Below are positions 20,773 through 30,516 of a stretch of 64,000 nt of DNA, in pieces. The DNA is from Candidatus Bathyarchaeota archaeon. Lineage in GTDB: Archaea; Thermoproteota; Bathyarchaeia; 40CM-2-53-6. Below the pieces are notes generated by a model. That model did not search any database. It was not told the DNA's origin and saw nothing but the letters and a program-made list of their open reading frames with translations. Each line of letters opens with the position of its first letter. Within the stretch, counting starts at the first letter, position 1. The stretch lies in contig CAVSBL010000002.1 of assembly GCA_963726255.1 (NCBI GenBank), forward strand, positions 1,216,001 to 1,280,000, given 5' to 3'. Made by a program: the position numbers and the translations under genes.

Positions 20773-23628
20773 TTGACAGAACAAGTCTTTGAAAGCCTTT
20801 CCAAGACAATCCAGGAAGCTCTCGCCGAGTCCGGCTTTAAGGCGCCGACGCCTCCGCAATTGGTTGCCATACCCAAGATCATGGGTGGTACGAATGTTCT
20901 CCTGATTGCTCCGACCGGTTCGGGAAAGACTGAGGCAGTGTTGCTCCCGATCTTAGACCAGCTTACGAAGGTGGAGAAGCGACAAGGGATTTCGATAATC
21001 TACATTACGCCGCTGCGTGCGCTGAACCGAGATATGATGAAACGCCTCGATTTCTGGCGCTCGAAACTCGGATTTACAGTTGAGGTGAGACATGGAGATA
21101 CGCCGCAGAAGGAGAGACGCAGACAGGCAATCAAGCCGCCCGATTTTCTTGTTACCACTCCCGAGACTCTGCAAGCTATCCTCCCTGGCAAGAGGATGAG
21201 AACCCACTTGCGCCACGTCCGGTGGGTTGTCATCGATGAGGTTCACGAACTCGCTGGAGATAGACGTGGGGTTCAGTTGACGGTTGGACTTGAGAGGCTC
21301 AGAAAGGTAGCGGAGCGCGAGTTCCAGAGGGTAGGTCTCTCCGCCACTGTTGGAAACCCCGCGGAAGTCGCGGCCTTCATAGCGGGTGACAGGGCGTGCG
21401 AGGTAATCCAAGTTTTACCGCCTAAAGAAGCAACGTATTTCGTTGAATTCCCACACCCAACAGATGAAGATAACATAGTCGCCCAAAGCCTGTATACAGC
21501 GCCTGAAGCAGCCGCCCGATTGAACAGGATCTGGGAACTAGTTGAGAATCATGATTCGACTCTAATTTTCGTCAACAGCCGCACGAACGCAGAAACTCTC
21601 GGTTCAAAGTTCCATCAACTGAAACGCAACGTTGCCGTGCACCACGGCTCACTCCCGAGGGAAGAAAGAGTGCGGGTTGAGGATGATTTCAAGAACGGCC
21701 GAATCAGGGCGCTGGTTTGCACGTCAACGCTTGAACTCGGAATTGATATTGGAAATGTGGACTTGACAATTCAGTACATGTCACCTAGGCAGGTGTCAAG
21801 CCTCATCCAGCGGGTGGGACGTTCAGGCCACAGACTAGACCGGGTTTCCGAAGGAGCAATTGTCGCTGTGTCGACAGAAGACATCCTAGAGTCAGTAGCT
21901 GCAGTTCAGAAAGCTCAGGAGAAATTGATTGAGCCGGTGAGAATTCATGAAAACGCGCTCGATGTATTATCACATCAGATAGCGGGCATCGTCCTAGAAT
22001 CAGAAGATGGAATCAAGGCCGACGAAACCTACGCGATAATACGGCGTGCATTTGCTTACCGAGATTTGTTGAGAGAAGAGTTCGACAAGGTGACAACCTT
22101 CATGGAGAATATGCGTCACCTCAGAAATGATAGAGGCGTCCTGTTCCGAGGAAGTGGAACTCGTCAATATTACTTTGAAAATCTCTCCATGATCCCTGAT
22201 GAGCGAAGGTACCAAGTCATTGATGTTTCCACCCAGCAGTCCGTTGGGATTCTAGGCGAAGAATTCATGATGACCAAAGCTAGGTTGGGGTTGCATTTCA
22301 TTGTGAAGGGCAAGGTTTGGCAGATCGAGCAAATGTCCGATGATGCCCGCGTGTACGTGACACCAGTCGAGGACCCCACTGCGGCCGTCCCAGGGTGGGA
22401 CGGAGAAATGTTGCCTATCCCGTTTGAGCTAGCCCAGAAAGTCGGCCAACTACGTGCAAACGTTGCACAATTACTCGAGACAAACACACCGCCGGCGGTT
22501 GTGACAAAACTCAGCGGCAGGTGGCCTACGGAGCGCTTTGCCATACGCAAAGTTGTCGAGGAGATTGACGACCATAGAAAGATGGGCGCACCGATCCCAA
22601 CGGAGAAACGCATCGTTCTCGAGGCGTTCGATAGGTTCCTGATAATCCACGCTTCCTTTGGGGAAACCGTGAACAATACACTTGGGGAGGTATACGAGGA
22701 ACTGCTCTCTAGGAAAGGCTTGGTTAGGGAATGGTGGGCCGATGGTTACCGCATATTATTGGAATTGACCAGCACCACTGACGACCTTTCATTGGAAGAA
22801 ATTAGTTCAGCCATCTTTGGCGTTGATGCTGGCATTTTGGAAGGTGTGTTCAAGGGGGTTTTGCACAGACATTTTCCGTTTGGCTACTACATGAAGTTCA
22901 TCGCTGAACGTTTTGGAGCCCTGAGGCGTGGGCTGATGTTCTCGGGTGACAACCTAAAGGAACTGGCGCTACGTTTCAGGATGACTCCAATTTACGACGA
23001 AACAATTCGCGAAGCTCTGATGCTTCATGTAGATTACCCCCGTGTTAGAGAAATCTACAGAATGATCAGAGAAGGTGAGATGGAAACTGCCATTTTCAGG
23101 GCGAAGGATAAACCGACCCCGTTAGGGTTTCACCTTCTCAATAAGCACGTCGACGTGCCGGAACTGATTGCTCCCGAAACTGTCGAGAGGGATACTATCG
23201 CCAGACTTCGGTACAGCCTCGGCAATATGACCGTGGACTTGCTCTGCTTCGAATGCGGAGAACTAATGCAAGCTCAGGTTGTGAAAGCGCTCAGTCAAAA
23301 ACCAAAATGTGCAGCCTGCGGCTCAGGGCTCTTAGCTGTGTGCACTTGGTCCACGGACTATCTCTCCCGAATCTTGGGGAAGAAACTCAAGGCAAAGTCT
23401 CTCGAGGAGACTGAACGAGATACTCTCGCCCGAGCAAGACGATCAGCCGACCTTGTCTTATCATACGGACGCAGGGCCGTCGTAGCTCAATGCGTTTACG
23501 GTATCGGCCCGCAAACAGCTGCCCGAATCCTCGCCAAAATGCATGACGACGAAAAAGCGTTTTACAAGGACCTCTTGGAAGCCAAGCTCAGATTCATCAC
23601 GACGCGACCGTTTTGGGACAGGCCGTAG
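20773..23628 (+). CDS. Lhr-like SF2 helicase with C-terminal Zn finger/HhH
   Basis: APTGSGKT, DEVH, LSAT, HHGSL, LELGID, QRVGRSGH; CFECG...CAACG; YGIGPQTA. Confidence 0.92.
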   Translation: MTEQVFESLSKTIQEALAESGFKAPTPPQLVAIPKIMGGTNVLLIAPTGSGKTEAVLLPILDQLTKVEKRQGISIIYITPLRALNRDMMKRLDFWRSKLGFTVEVRHGDTPQKERRRQAIKPPDFLVTTPETLQAILPGKRMRTHLRHVRWVVIDEVHELAGDRRGVQLTVGLERLRKVAEREFQRVGLSATVGNPAEVAAFIAGDRACEVIQVLPPKEATYFVEFPHPTDEDNIVAQSLYTAPEAAARLNRIWELVENHDSTLIFVNSRTNAETLGSKFHQLKRNVAVHHGSLPREERVRVEDDFKNGRIRALVCTSTLELGIDIGNVDLTIQYMSPRQVSSLIQRVGRSGHRLDRVSEGAIVAVSTEDILESVAAVQKAQEKLIEPVRIHENALDVLSHQIAGIVLESEDGIKADETYAIIRRAFAYRDLLREEFDKVTTFMENMRHLRNDRGVLFRGSGTRQYYFENLSMIPDERRYQVIDVSTQQSVGILGEEFMMTKARLGLHFIVKGKVWQIEQMSDDARVYVTPVEDPTAAVPGWDGEMLPIPFELAQKVGQLRANVAQLLETNTPPAVVTKLSGRWPTERFAIRKVVEEIDDHRKMGAPIPTEKRIVLEAFDRFLIIHASFGETVNNTLGEVYEELLSRKGLVREWWADGYRILLELTSTTDDLSLEEISSAIFGVDAGILEGVFKGVLHRHFPFGYYMKFIAERFGALRRGLMFSGDNLKELALRFRMTPIYDETIREALMLHVDYPRVREIYRMIREGEMETAIFRAKDKPTPLGFHLLNKHVDVPELIAPETVERDTIARLRYSLGNMTVDLLCFECGELMQAQVVKALSQKPKCAACGSGLLAVCTWSTDYLSRILGKKLKAKSLEETERDTLARARRSADLVLSYGRRAVVAQCVYGIGPQTAARILAKMHDDEKAFYKDLLEAKLRFITTRPFWDRP

Positions 23629-23725
23629 GTAGAAAAGTAGAACATTTTCCTTTTTCTAACCTAGCTCCAAGTGTTCCAAGCTCCCTTAATTACTCAACCA
23701 CCGGAGCAACTCTCGAGTGATCGGG

Positions 23726-23857
23726 ATGTACCATCTCCACCAACACGAATTCCATCACGCGATGCCCTTGGGCATAATGAAGTGCGTGTACTGCGGGCTG
23801 CGCAAAGCGACTTTCAGACAAATGCGCGCGAGTAGAATGCACTCTGACGCACGTTGA
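23726..23857 (+). CDS. Putative His/Cys-rich microprotein (43 aa; not in ORF track)
   Basis: MYHLHQHEFHHAMPLGIMKCVYCGLRK...; GAGTGA RBS-like sequence upstream. Confidence 0.4.
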   Translation: MYHLHQHEFHHAMPLGIMKCVYCGLRKATFRQMRASRMHSDAR

Positions 23858-23933
23858 TGCTTCGCGTGTCCTGAAAACGCTCCATTTTTAAGGGCTAGCC
23901 TGCAGAGCCCCGACAAATTCGTGGTGTTTCCCT

Positions 23934-24587
23934 ATGGTAGGTGACCTTGGACGGCGACTTGTTGAACTGAGATTTGTCGAAGGCATCGAGAAAGTTGAAC
24001 ATGTACCCTACCCTACGGGGGACCAGTTTTGGGTTCGGTTTAACAGCCCTTTGGACTTGGGAAAGCTCGAGAACCTCGTCAACAAGCACGGTTACATCAT
24101 GGTTAGGTTTGCAACCCTACCTTCGAAATTGCCCCGTGGCCTCTCTGAGATGCTTTGGGATGGGGTCACCCATGTGATTGCCAAGAAGATGAGCGGATGG
24201 TTGAAGTTCACTTCATCCCTAGGCCTTGAGCCGGAAGGAATTGCAAAGATCGCTGACGACCTGCACGGCCAGTATCAGATATTCATAGTTACCACCGAGG
24301 AAGGCGTTCAATTGCTCTACGAGTACCTGGGGTTAAAGTACACTCCACCAGCCCCAACGCCATCACTTGTTCCAGCCAAACCTCCAGTCCCAGCTGCGCA
24401 AAAGTCAGTTCCGGCAGTTCCGCGACCTGCGGCGCCAGTACCCCCTGCTGTGGCAAAACCTCCAACGCCTAGTCAACCATCTCAACCCGCCCCTTCACAA
24501 CCGGGGCCTACCCAGCAATCTGGAACAATACCTAAGTCCACGGTCGCAGCGGCGGACGGCCCGAAGAGAGAAACGACGACGAGCTGA
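23934..24587 (+). CDS. Hypothetical protein with Pro/Ala-rich C-terminal tail
   Basis: Globular ~135-aa N-terminus followed by a low-complexity PAP/QP tail. Confidence 0.7.
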   Translation: MVGDLGRRLVELRFVEGIEKVEHVPYPTGDQFWVRFNSPLDLGKLENLVNKHGYIMVRFATLPSKLPRGLSEMLWDGVTHVIAKKMSGWLKFTSSLGLEPEGIAKIADDLHGQYQIFIVTTEEGVQLLYEYLGLKYTPPAPTPSLVPAKPPVPAAQKSVPAVPRPAAPVPPAVAKPPTPSQPSQPAPSQPGPTQQSGTIPKSTVAAADGPKRETTTS

Positions 24588-24591
24588 CGGA

Positions 24592-25809
24592 TTAGGCTGG
24601 TGGGAGCGACCTCACTTTCTTGGGTTCGACTGCGAAGGAAACGGCCTCGTCAGCGTCAAGGGATCCCGAATAAAGGACCTCGCCTAGAATTCGGCATCCA
24701 GATTCGATTCGAACGTTTTCACCATGCACTATTCCAGCGTTGCTGTTCTCTTCGAGAACTACGCTCTTGCCGTAGAGCGCTTCAACATCGGCCTTTTCAC
24801 CGACCCTTATGCTGTTCGCGAAGAGTGGCCCCCTGGCTCGGGCGCGATCGCCTATTGTTATCGACTCCGCTCTTACTCCTTTCTGAGTGACTATCGAGCC
24901 GCCAATCTCAATGTCTTCAACTTTGATTTCCTGCGCCTCAAGAGATCCTCCAACCTCTATCCGACAGGCATTCAGTGCCTGTTGCACTCTGCATTTCCCG
25001 CCAACCTCAAGAGAACCAGCCAAATTCAGGTTACTTCCCACCCTCAAGACACCGCCAATGTCAACGTCTTTGCCCACCGCGTCTCCATCTATGTCGACTG
25101 TGCCCCCGACATCTATGTCCTCGAACTGCAGGTTCCCTGAGACTTTGAGAATCCCGCCGACATCGATTCGCTTGCCCGAACTGCCGCCCTTGAGTTGAAC
25201 CGAGCCGCCCACGTCTAATTCGTTAAACTCCAGTGGGCCAGTAGAATCGAATGAGCCTCCTACATCAATCTGGTCGGTTACCTTCCCTCCACCGATCACA
25301 ACTGAACCGCCGACATCAATGCTTTTGCAGTTTACATTCTTCGCGACACGTACGGAGCCGCCCACGTCTATCTCCTCGATGTCGGCAGTGTCCAGGACCT
25401 CTAAGGAGCCGCCTACTTCAACTGATTCAGCTTTGAGCGCGCCGTGGACCTCTGCCCGGCTTCCGACCTCAAGGTCGGCGGCCTTTACGCTGCCCGAGAC
25501 TTCCAAGTGCCTGTCTACATCGACATCGCTCGCCGACAATGAACCAGAAACGTGTAGGCTTCCGTCGGCGATGCGGATATTGTCCTGAACCGTAAGATCG
25601 CCCCGGATGTCCAAATCTCCGCCAGCACCATCAACCTCGAGCGCTGTTAAGCTACCCTCAAAGACTACGTCCCCGTCCGTTTCGACACGGCCATCTACCG
25701 TTATGACCTTGTCCTCAGCTGAGATTACGGCGTCCCTCTCAACCTCTAAGTCGCCCTCGACGTGGCCGAGCGTAGTCTTGGAACGTCGGGAGACAGTTAC
25801 ATCAGGCGT
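24592..25809 (-). CDS. Polymer-forming cytoskeletal (bactofilin-like) beta-helix repeat protein
   Basis: Many (I/V)DVGGS repeats; frame stays open and repeat-like upstream of the listed TTG (25614) to an ACG at 25809. Confidence 0.75.
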   Translation of the reverse strand, partial: TPDVTVSRRSKTTLGHVEGDLEVERDAVISAEDKVITVDGRVETDGDVVFEGSLTALEVDGAGGDLDIRGDLTVQDNIRIADGSLHVSGSLSASDVDVDRHLEVSGSVKAADLEVGSRAEVHGALKAESVEVGGSLEVLDTADIEEIDVGGSVRVAKNVNCKSIDVGGSVVIGGGKVTDQIDVGGSFDSTGPLEFNELDVGGSVQLKGGSSGKRIDVGGILKVSGNLQFEDIDVGGTVDIDGDAVGKDVDIGGVLRVGSNLNLAGSLEVGGKCRVQQALNACRIEVGGSLEAQEIKVEDIEIGGSIVTQKGVRAESITIGDRARARGPLFANSIRVGEKADVEALYGKSVVLEENSNAGIVHGENVRIESGCRILGEVLYSGSLDADEAVSFAVEPKKVRSLPPA

Positions 25810-25827
25810 GATTTGTCCCTCTAATGA

Positions 25828-26034
25828 TCATCGGTTGCCTTGGATGGGCGACATATATGCTCTGCTCACTTCACGTGTCATCTCGACCGAGCTGATGTCT
25901 ATGTCGGCCCACACAATGCTTCGAGTTAATGGCAGCAGGCCACGTCTTGCAATAGCAAGGGCGTTGAGCTTGTTGCCAGCGTCAAGGATTCTGCCGAAGT
26001 TTCGGCTCCATTCGAAGATTCTTTCTCGGAACAT
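25828..26034 (-). CDS. Small hypothetical protein, in frame with the downstream beta-helix gene
   Basis: 68-aa ORF with ATG; TGA stop lies just upstream of the beta-helix ORF in the same frame. Confidence 0.4.
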   Translation of the reverse strand: MFRERIFEWSRNFGRILDAGNKLNALAIARRGLLPLTRSIVWADIDISSVEMTREVSRAYMSPIQGNR

Positions 26035-26135
26035 ATCTCATTCACTGAACGGCGAGTTGGACTGAGACCAATTAAAGGGCAGGGCACGTTGCGTAATGAC
26101 AGACGGTGGTCACCAAACGTGAGTACGACATGTGA

Positions 26136-26432
26136 CTAGGAGGGTTCGCTTCCTAGAAACGTCATGAACCCTTGCACCTTTCTGTACGCGTCCAGGAACT
26201 CTAACCCCCGCCGGGTTATGTGATAGAAGCGACTTTCGCCTGCGGTGCGAATTGAGAGCAGGCCGAAGTTCGAGAGAGTTTCTAGTATCGGTTTGATCCT
26301 GTCGATGGGTAAGCCGGCGCCGTACGAGATTCTTGTGACAAGTGCGCCCTCGGGGCGGCGTTTAATGACCTCAAGTATGTCAGCATAGATGTCCATCCGA
26401 GAGCGTTTCTTCAAAGAACCCCGCCAACCCAA
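26136..26432 (-). CDS. Winged helix-turn-helix transcriptional regulator
   Basis: RSRMDIYADIL..TRISYGAGL..Y.IT.RGLEFL archaeal wHTH pattern. Confidence 0.85.
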   Translation of the reverse strand: MGWRGSLKKRSRMDIYADILEVIKRRPEGALVTRISYGAGLPIDRIKPILETLSNFGLLSIRTAGESRFYHITRRGLEFLDAYRKVQGFMTFLGSEPS

Positions 26433-26518
26433 GAAACCACAGAATATGCCTAGTAAGGTTTCCCGCCGGAACCCGAACGGCCGCGAAGAAGAACTGGAAC
26501 TGGAGAGTCAAGACCGAC

Positions 26519-29362
26519 TTATTCGTTGGTGGCTTCATGGGCTGATCGCCTTCGGCCGGGCCACCTCAGGTTCAACGCAAGGAGCACGCAGAAGAGGGTA
26601 ATCGACACTACCAACCAGCCGACCCCATACAAATCGGGCGAATTTGGCGCACCCAACGGGCTCCAACTCGCGGTAACCCCCTTTGGCGAGTCCACTGTGA
26701 GCAGGATTCTAGGACTATTCTCGTTTGAATCGCCCATCCAGCGGTCGAAGATTAGAGAAAGTTGGGTGATCACAGGTGGAGAAACAATTACTGTGGCTGT
26801 GGAATTTTCATCATACCAACCAGTTCCTTCTGTCGTAGCGTAGGGTGAGTTTACGCTCACGAAGTATTGCTTTGAGTATAGGGCGGTTAGAGTGGTATCG
26901 TTGTCCAACTCCACTTTCTTTGAGGGATCGTTGGTCGAATCCCCCCAACCCAGGAAGTGTACCCGAGAAACGTTGTTCAAGTAAGCGAACGTCGGCACCT
27001 GGAAGGTGTGCAACCCTCGCACGGTTTCCATCTGAAGCCTCCCGGTCGTATCAGTCTGGTATGATGCACCGTCAAACAATACCGTGACATTTGGAAAGGA
27101 AGTTTCGACGGTTACTTTCACAAGATTTGTTACCGTTATGTTGGCTGGATACGGTTTGGATGATGGCACCCACGTCTCGCCAGACTTGACAAGTACAAGG
27201 AAGAGTAGCGCCAATTGCGAGGCATTTGAAAACGGAGGCATTACCAGCCGAACAGATCGACTGTCGGCTTGGGCGGTCGGAATTGTTTCTGCGCTCAAGA
27301 CTGCGTGGTTAGCCGCATTATATGCGATGACCGTCGCGTTCTGACCCATTGCTAATCTGTAACTAGCGTTAACGTCCACAACAAATGGCTCGCCTACTGG
27401 GACTTTACTCGGTGCTTGCACCGAAATCACTGTGGCAGCTGTATTTGCAGTTGCGGTAGAGTTCTCGACCGGCTCAAAACCGGCGGGCTGGTATTGCAGG
27501 GCTTTTGACTTCTCGATGAAACTGACGACTAGGTTGACGGCGGTAGAGTCGTATTCGCCCGTTTGGCGTATCGTCCAGACTTCGTGCCCAACATCGTCAA
27601 GAACATGGAACTCTTTGTGGAAGTAGTAAGTGCCGTGCCAACCCTCTGAAGGTGCGCTATCGTAGAACTGTTGTCCGGTCGCCTGATAGTCGGGTAGGTT
27701 TCCTCCGTAGAGAAACATCAGGTTCGCGCGTAGCTCGTGTGCGCTTTCGATTATCGTCATGGCGAGTGGCACCGTGATAAGAACCACTCCGTCCTGACTT
27801 GTCCAACCTTCTGAATCGGAATGGGCTGCCTCCATGGCCGCAGCCTGTCCCCCCACCGAATACCCTACGAGGTATGTGTGCTGGTACCCCTGCTCCTTTA
27901 TCCAATCGTGGACGTGCGATAGAACTGTGGACTGGGATTCTATGAGTTCTTGGTTGATTGTTCGGTTTGCGACGGGGTTGAAGACCGGCGATGACCCGGC
28001 TTCCAAAGCAACTACGCAATAGTACCTAGCGAGGTCTTGGATGAACCTGACCGTTCCAAAGGACTCGTAGTCAAATGGGTTGATCCAGTACGAATAGTAT
28101 CCTTCAATGGACTCGTCAAAAATCCCGCCTCCAAGCCACAAAATGCATGTGTCACTCCTAGGTTGATTCCAATAGTACCATTGGGCGCCTGCAACGTTCA
28201 CAATGGAAACCTTCGGTTGAATCGGTGCGGCTGACGAGGATGGAAGAACCGTTGAAGAGACAAGAACAATGATGATGAGAACTAGCAATTTCATCGTGGT
28301 TCTTGATGCCGGACCTGAAAGGTGACCCTTGGAACGACGGATGGAGTAACGAATGATCGCCGCACCGGCCAGTAACAGAGAACCCGCAAAGAATATGTCG
28401 GTTGGTAGAGTCAGGTCTACCACGGTTGCCGAATGCGCCCAGACGGCCTTGACACTCTTAGGCCCGTTCATTATCACCGAAGCGACTTCGCTGCTTGAAT
28501 TACTATCGCCTGACCAGCTAGCAAACCGGTACTGTTCCGCAAGAAGCTTGGATTGAACAGGGACAACGTAGATGGGACCTACGGCGAAGGAGGTTTCTGT
28601 GCCCCTTTCATACCAGCCCTCCCCCGAGGTTTGGCCAAAGTCAGACTTTACGGATAGGTAATACTCCGTCCGGTAGACGGCTTGAAGGCTCGAGTCATGG
28701 GGAACGAGAACATTCCGTGAACTGGAAGACAACCCATCACTCCAACCTACAAAGACAAAGCGCACTCCCAGCGAACCTTGGATGATGCTTGGTGCGCTGA
28801 GGTTGTGTATGCCGGGCTGAACTGCCAAGGTAACTGAGGACCCGTCATTTAGCGGATATTCTGAGCCGTCGAGTTTGATTGGCGCGTTGGCTCCCAGTGC
28901 GCTCAAGGTTAATGTCAGGGTGTTCGAAATTGTAATGTTGAAGGGTACTGCCCCACCGTTTGGGTCTAGGTACCATGCGTTCTGCCACCAAACTCGGTTC
29001 ACCGCGATAAGATGCCATTCCCCTTCAGTGGATGGAGCGGTTAGGTTGAAGGTGAAAGTCGTTCTTCCTGGGCTGGTAAATTGGCTGATAAACGTCAAGC
29101 TCTGCAGCACCAAACCTGCATTATCGTCCCAGATTCCAACATCAGCAAGATAGCGATCTGAATATTCAATGGCCAATGCGACTTCGAGGTGCGCACCTGG
29201 GAACTCCTCGTTGAGGTGGCCGATGGCGACTATCTTCGCTATCGGCGGCGAGGCTGCGTGGATTGGTGTTGCTTGAAGTATCGCCAGCAAAAAAAGGGCG
29301 ACAACGAAAACAAATGCGAAAAGGTTGAGTGCCCGGCCACGTCGCATGCGGAGTCCATGCAA
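26519..29362 (-). CDS. Large membrane-anchored surface protein with repeat modules and an alpha/beta-hydrolase domain
   Basis: Signal peptide; two F.GW.D / G.GWY / F..W.GD...P..V.A.W modules; GYSVGG nucleophile elbow and GHE; internal TM pair and C-terminal TM. Confidence 0.75.
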   Translation of the reverse strand: MHGLRMRRGRALNLFAFVFVVALFLLAILQATPIHAASPPIAKIVAIGHLNEEFPGAHLEVALAIEYSDRYLADVGIWDDNAGLVLQSLTFISQFTSPGRTTFTFNLTAPSTEGEWHLIAVNRVWWQNAWYLDPNGGAVPFNITISNTLTLTLSALGANAPIKLDGSEYPLNDGSSVTLAVQPGIHNLSAPSIIQGSLGVRFVFVGWSDGLSSSSRNVLVPHDSSLQAVYRTEYYLSVKSDFGQTSGEGWYERGTETSFAVGPIYVVPVQSKLLAEQYRFASWSGDSNSSSEVASVIMNGPKSVKAVWAHSATVVDLTLPTDIFFAGSLLLAGAAIIRYSIRRSKGHLSGPASRTTMKLLVLIIIVLVSSTVLPSSSAAPIQPKVSIVNVAGAQWYYWNQPRSDTCILWLGGGIFDESIEGYYSYWINPFDYESFGTVRFIQDLARYYCVVALEAGSSPVFNPVANRTINQELIESQSTVLSHVHDWIKEQGYQHTYLVGYSVGGQAAAMEAAHSDSEGWTSQDGVVLITVPLAMTIIESAHELRANLMFLYGGNLPDYQATGQQFYDSAPSEGWHGTYYFHKEFHVLDDVGHEVWTIRQTGEYDSTAVNLVVSFIEKSKALQYQPAGFEPVENSTATANTAATVISVQAPSKVPVGEPFVVDVNASYRLAMGQNATVIAYNAANHAVLSAETIPTAQADSRSVRLVMPPFSNASQLALLFLVLVKSGETWVPSSKPYPANITVTNLVKVTVETSFPNVTVLFDGASYQTDTTGRLQMETVRGLHTFQVPTFAYLNNVSRVHFLGWGDSTNDPSKKVELDNDTTLTALYSKQYFVSVNSPYATTEGTGWYDENSTATVIVSPPVITQLSLIFDRWMGDSNENSPRILLTVDSPKGVTASWSPLGAPNSPDLYGVGWLVVSITLFCVLLALNLRWPGRRRSAHEATNE

Positions 29363-29532
29363 TACTGGTTTGTGACTTATTCAAAGCCACCGTATTGATC
29401 GCCCCGGACAGGGGGCCAACACACCACTCATCCATTATAACCGCGTGCGCTTTGCCCCGACTGAACAACCATGTTCGAGTCCGACCTAACGTAGATAAAT
29501 TGCGGTCACGTTTCGCCGAACCTATTGGAGCC

Positions 29533-30516
29533 TTGAAGTTGCCCGCGAACCCTGAGAAAGCAATTACTGTGTCAGATCTTCGCAGGGTATACCATAGCTC
29601 TCAGGGGATCTTCAAGAAGACTCGGAACGTTGTCGAAGCGGTAAAGGGCATCTCCTTTGACGTGGATTACGGCGAACTTTTCGGCCTAGTAGGGCCGAAC
29701 GGCGCTGGGAAAACTACCACCATCAAAATGCTCACGACACTGTTAACGCCGACTTCTGGAACCGCGAAAGTTCTTGGTTTTGACATCGTCAAAGATGTCA
29801 TCGCTATTAGACGGGGGATAGGAATAATCTTCGGCGGAGAAAGAGGACTCTATTACAGGGTAAGCGGCCGGGAGAATCTCAGATATTTCGCTGACCTATA
29901 CGGGGTATCGCTTTCGAAACGTGAGAAGAGGATTGACGAGCTTCTCAAGATGGTTGGCCTTGCGGAACGAGCCGAGGAACGGGTCGAAGGATACTCCCGG
30001 GGCATGAAGCAAAGACTGCACATAGCCAAAGGCCTGATCAACGACCCGAAAGTAATCTTCATGGATGAACCCACGATAGGCCTGGACCCGGAGGCGGCTC
30101 GAGAGACTCGGGCAATGATTAAGGGGCTGGTTGAGAACGGAAAAACGATACTCCTCACAACGCATTACATGTATGAGGCGGATGAGCTCTGCCACCGAAT
30201 CGGCGTCATTAGCGGCGGGAGGATTGTTGCATTGGATTCGCCGTCGGCCTTGAAACGCTTTGTGAAAGACGTAACAGTCATTGAGGTTGAGGCCTTCGGA
30301 GTTGCTGACGCAGATTTGATGGCGTTGCGTCAGCAACCTGATGTCACCGCTGTCAACGCGAACCTTGAAGGGGAGCGGCAAACCATTCGAGTCCAAACTG
30401 CCCGCGGGTCAGAATTCATTGCTACGGTCACTAAACTGTTGAGCAAAGCGAAGATAATGGATGTCAGAATAAAGGAACCCACACTTGAAGATGCGTACCT
30501 GAAGCTGGTGGCCTAA
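29533..30516 (+). CDS. ABC-2 exporter ATP-binding protein
   Basis: GPNGAGKTT, YSRGMKQR, DEPT, TTH; start estimated. Confidence 0.93.
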   Translation: MKLPANPEKAITVSDLRRVYHSSQGIFKKTRNVVEAVKGISFDVDYGELFGLVGPNGAGKTTTIKMLTTLLTPTSGTAKVLGFDIVKDVIAIRRGIGIIFGGERGLYYRVSGRENLRYFADLYGVSLSKREKRIDELLKMVGLAERAEERVEGYSRGMKQRLHIAKGLINDPKVIFMDEPTIGLDPEAARETRAMIKGLVENGKTILLTTHYMYEADELCHRIGVISGGRIVALDSPSALKRFVKDVTVIEVEAFGVADADLMALRQQPDVTAVNANLEGERQTIRVQTARGSEFIATVTKLLSKAKIMDVRIKEPTLEDAYLKLVA

